Positions 25,315 to 25,401 of a stretch of 25,401 bases of DNA are shown piece by piece. Under the pieces are notes generated by a model that had not been told where the DNA came from, did not search any database, and was given only the letters and a program-made list of their open reading frames with translations. Numbering within the stretch: position 1 is the stretch's first letter; every line of letters begins with the position of its first letter. Source of the stretch: a virus (taxonomy: Duplodnaviria; Heunggongvirae; Uroviricota; Caudoviricetes); IMG/VR virus record IMGVR_UViG_3300033485_000006, positions 1 to 25,401 of that record; one strand, given 5' to 3'. A program made the position numbers and the translations under genes.

Positions 25315-25401
25315 TAGCCTAATCTCTGATGGTTCTGCTATAAGTTCTGCAAGGTTCCTAAATATCTTTGGCGCTATTGTATTATCTGGTGTGTATATTG
25401 C
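25301..25401 (+). CDS. Probable holin, N-terminal part (runs off the right edge)
   Basis: MNWFNSLISDGSAISSARFLNIFGAIVLSGVYI.. : SS.R motif then the start of a transmembrane helix. Overlaps the endolysin stop by 14 nt. Confidence 0.6.
   Translation, partial: MNWFNSLISDGSAISSARFLNIFGAIVLSGVYI

Larger units (their letters stand above)
1..25401 (+). mobile_element. Late gene region of a siphovirus-type tailed phage (virus or prophage cannot be distinguished from this window)
   Basis: Continuous co-oriented terminase-portal-protease-capsid-neck-tube-tape measure-tail tip-fibre-lysis order. No sheath gene. No host genes, integrase or att site in the window. Confidence 0.97.

Noticed and set aside
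1-25401. Alternative genetic code, tRNA genes, CRISPR array, integrase or att sites
   Set aside because: Genes are full length under the standard code and TAA, TAG and TGA all serve as stops. Intergenic gaps are short and show no cloverleaf, spacer array or recombinase.

Overview
This 25.4 kb window is the late (morphogenesis and lysis) region of an AT-rich (roughly one-third GC) tailed phage with a long non-contractile tail. All credible genes are on the + strand, tightly packed and often translationally coupled, and they use the standard code. Gene order: terminase large subunit C-terminus, small beta-rich ORF, HK97-type portal, HNH endonuclease, prohead protease with a long acidic extension, major capsid protein (T5 pb8-like), four accessory head-region ORFs (one with a HiPIP-like Cys pattern, one a 15-aa basic peptide), three neck/tail-completion genes, tail tube, two tail chaperones, tape measure, lambda-like tail tip (gpM-, gpL-, NlpC/P60-, gpI+gpJ-like), fibre/adaptor, triple-LamG receptor-binding protein, HNH-NUMOD3 homing endonuclease and fibre chaperone. 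The window ends in an unusual lysis cassette: PLA2-like ORF, stand-alone PAS sensor protein, XhlA-like membrane protein, two helical microproteins, M15 peptidase endolysin and a partial holin. Best leads: (1) a possibly signal-gated lysis module built around an output-less PAS domain; (2) a HiPIP-like gene behind a pseudoknot that covers its ribosome-binding site; (3) tail chaperone G/GT apparently solved by gene duplication instead of frameshifting; (4) strong GATC avoidance that relaxes in an apparently imported receptor-binding cassette. All family calls come from motif recognition by eye; no database searches were run.
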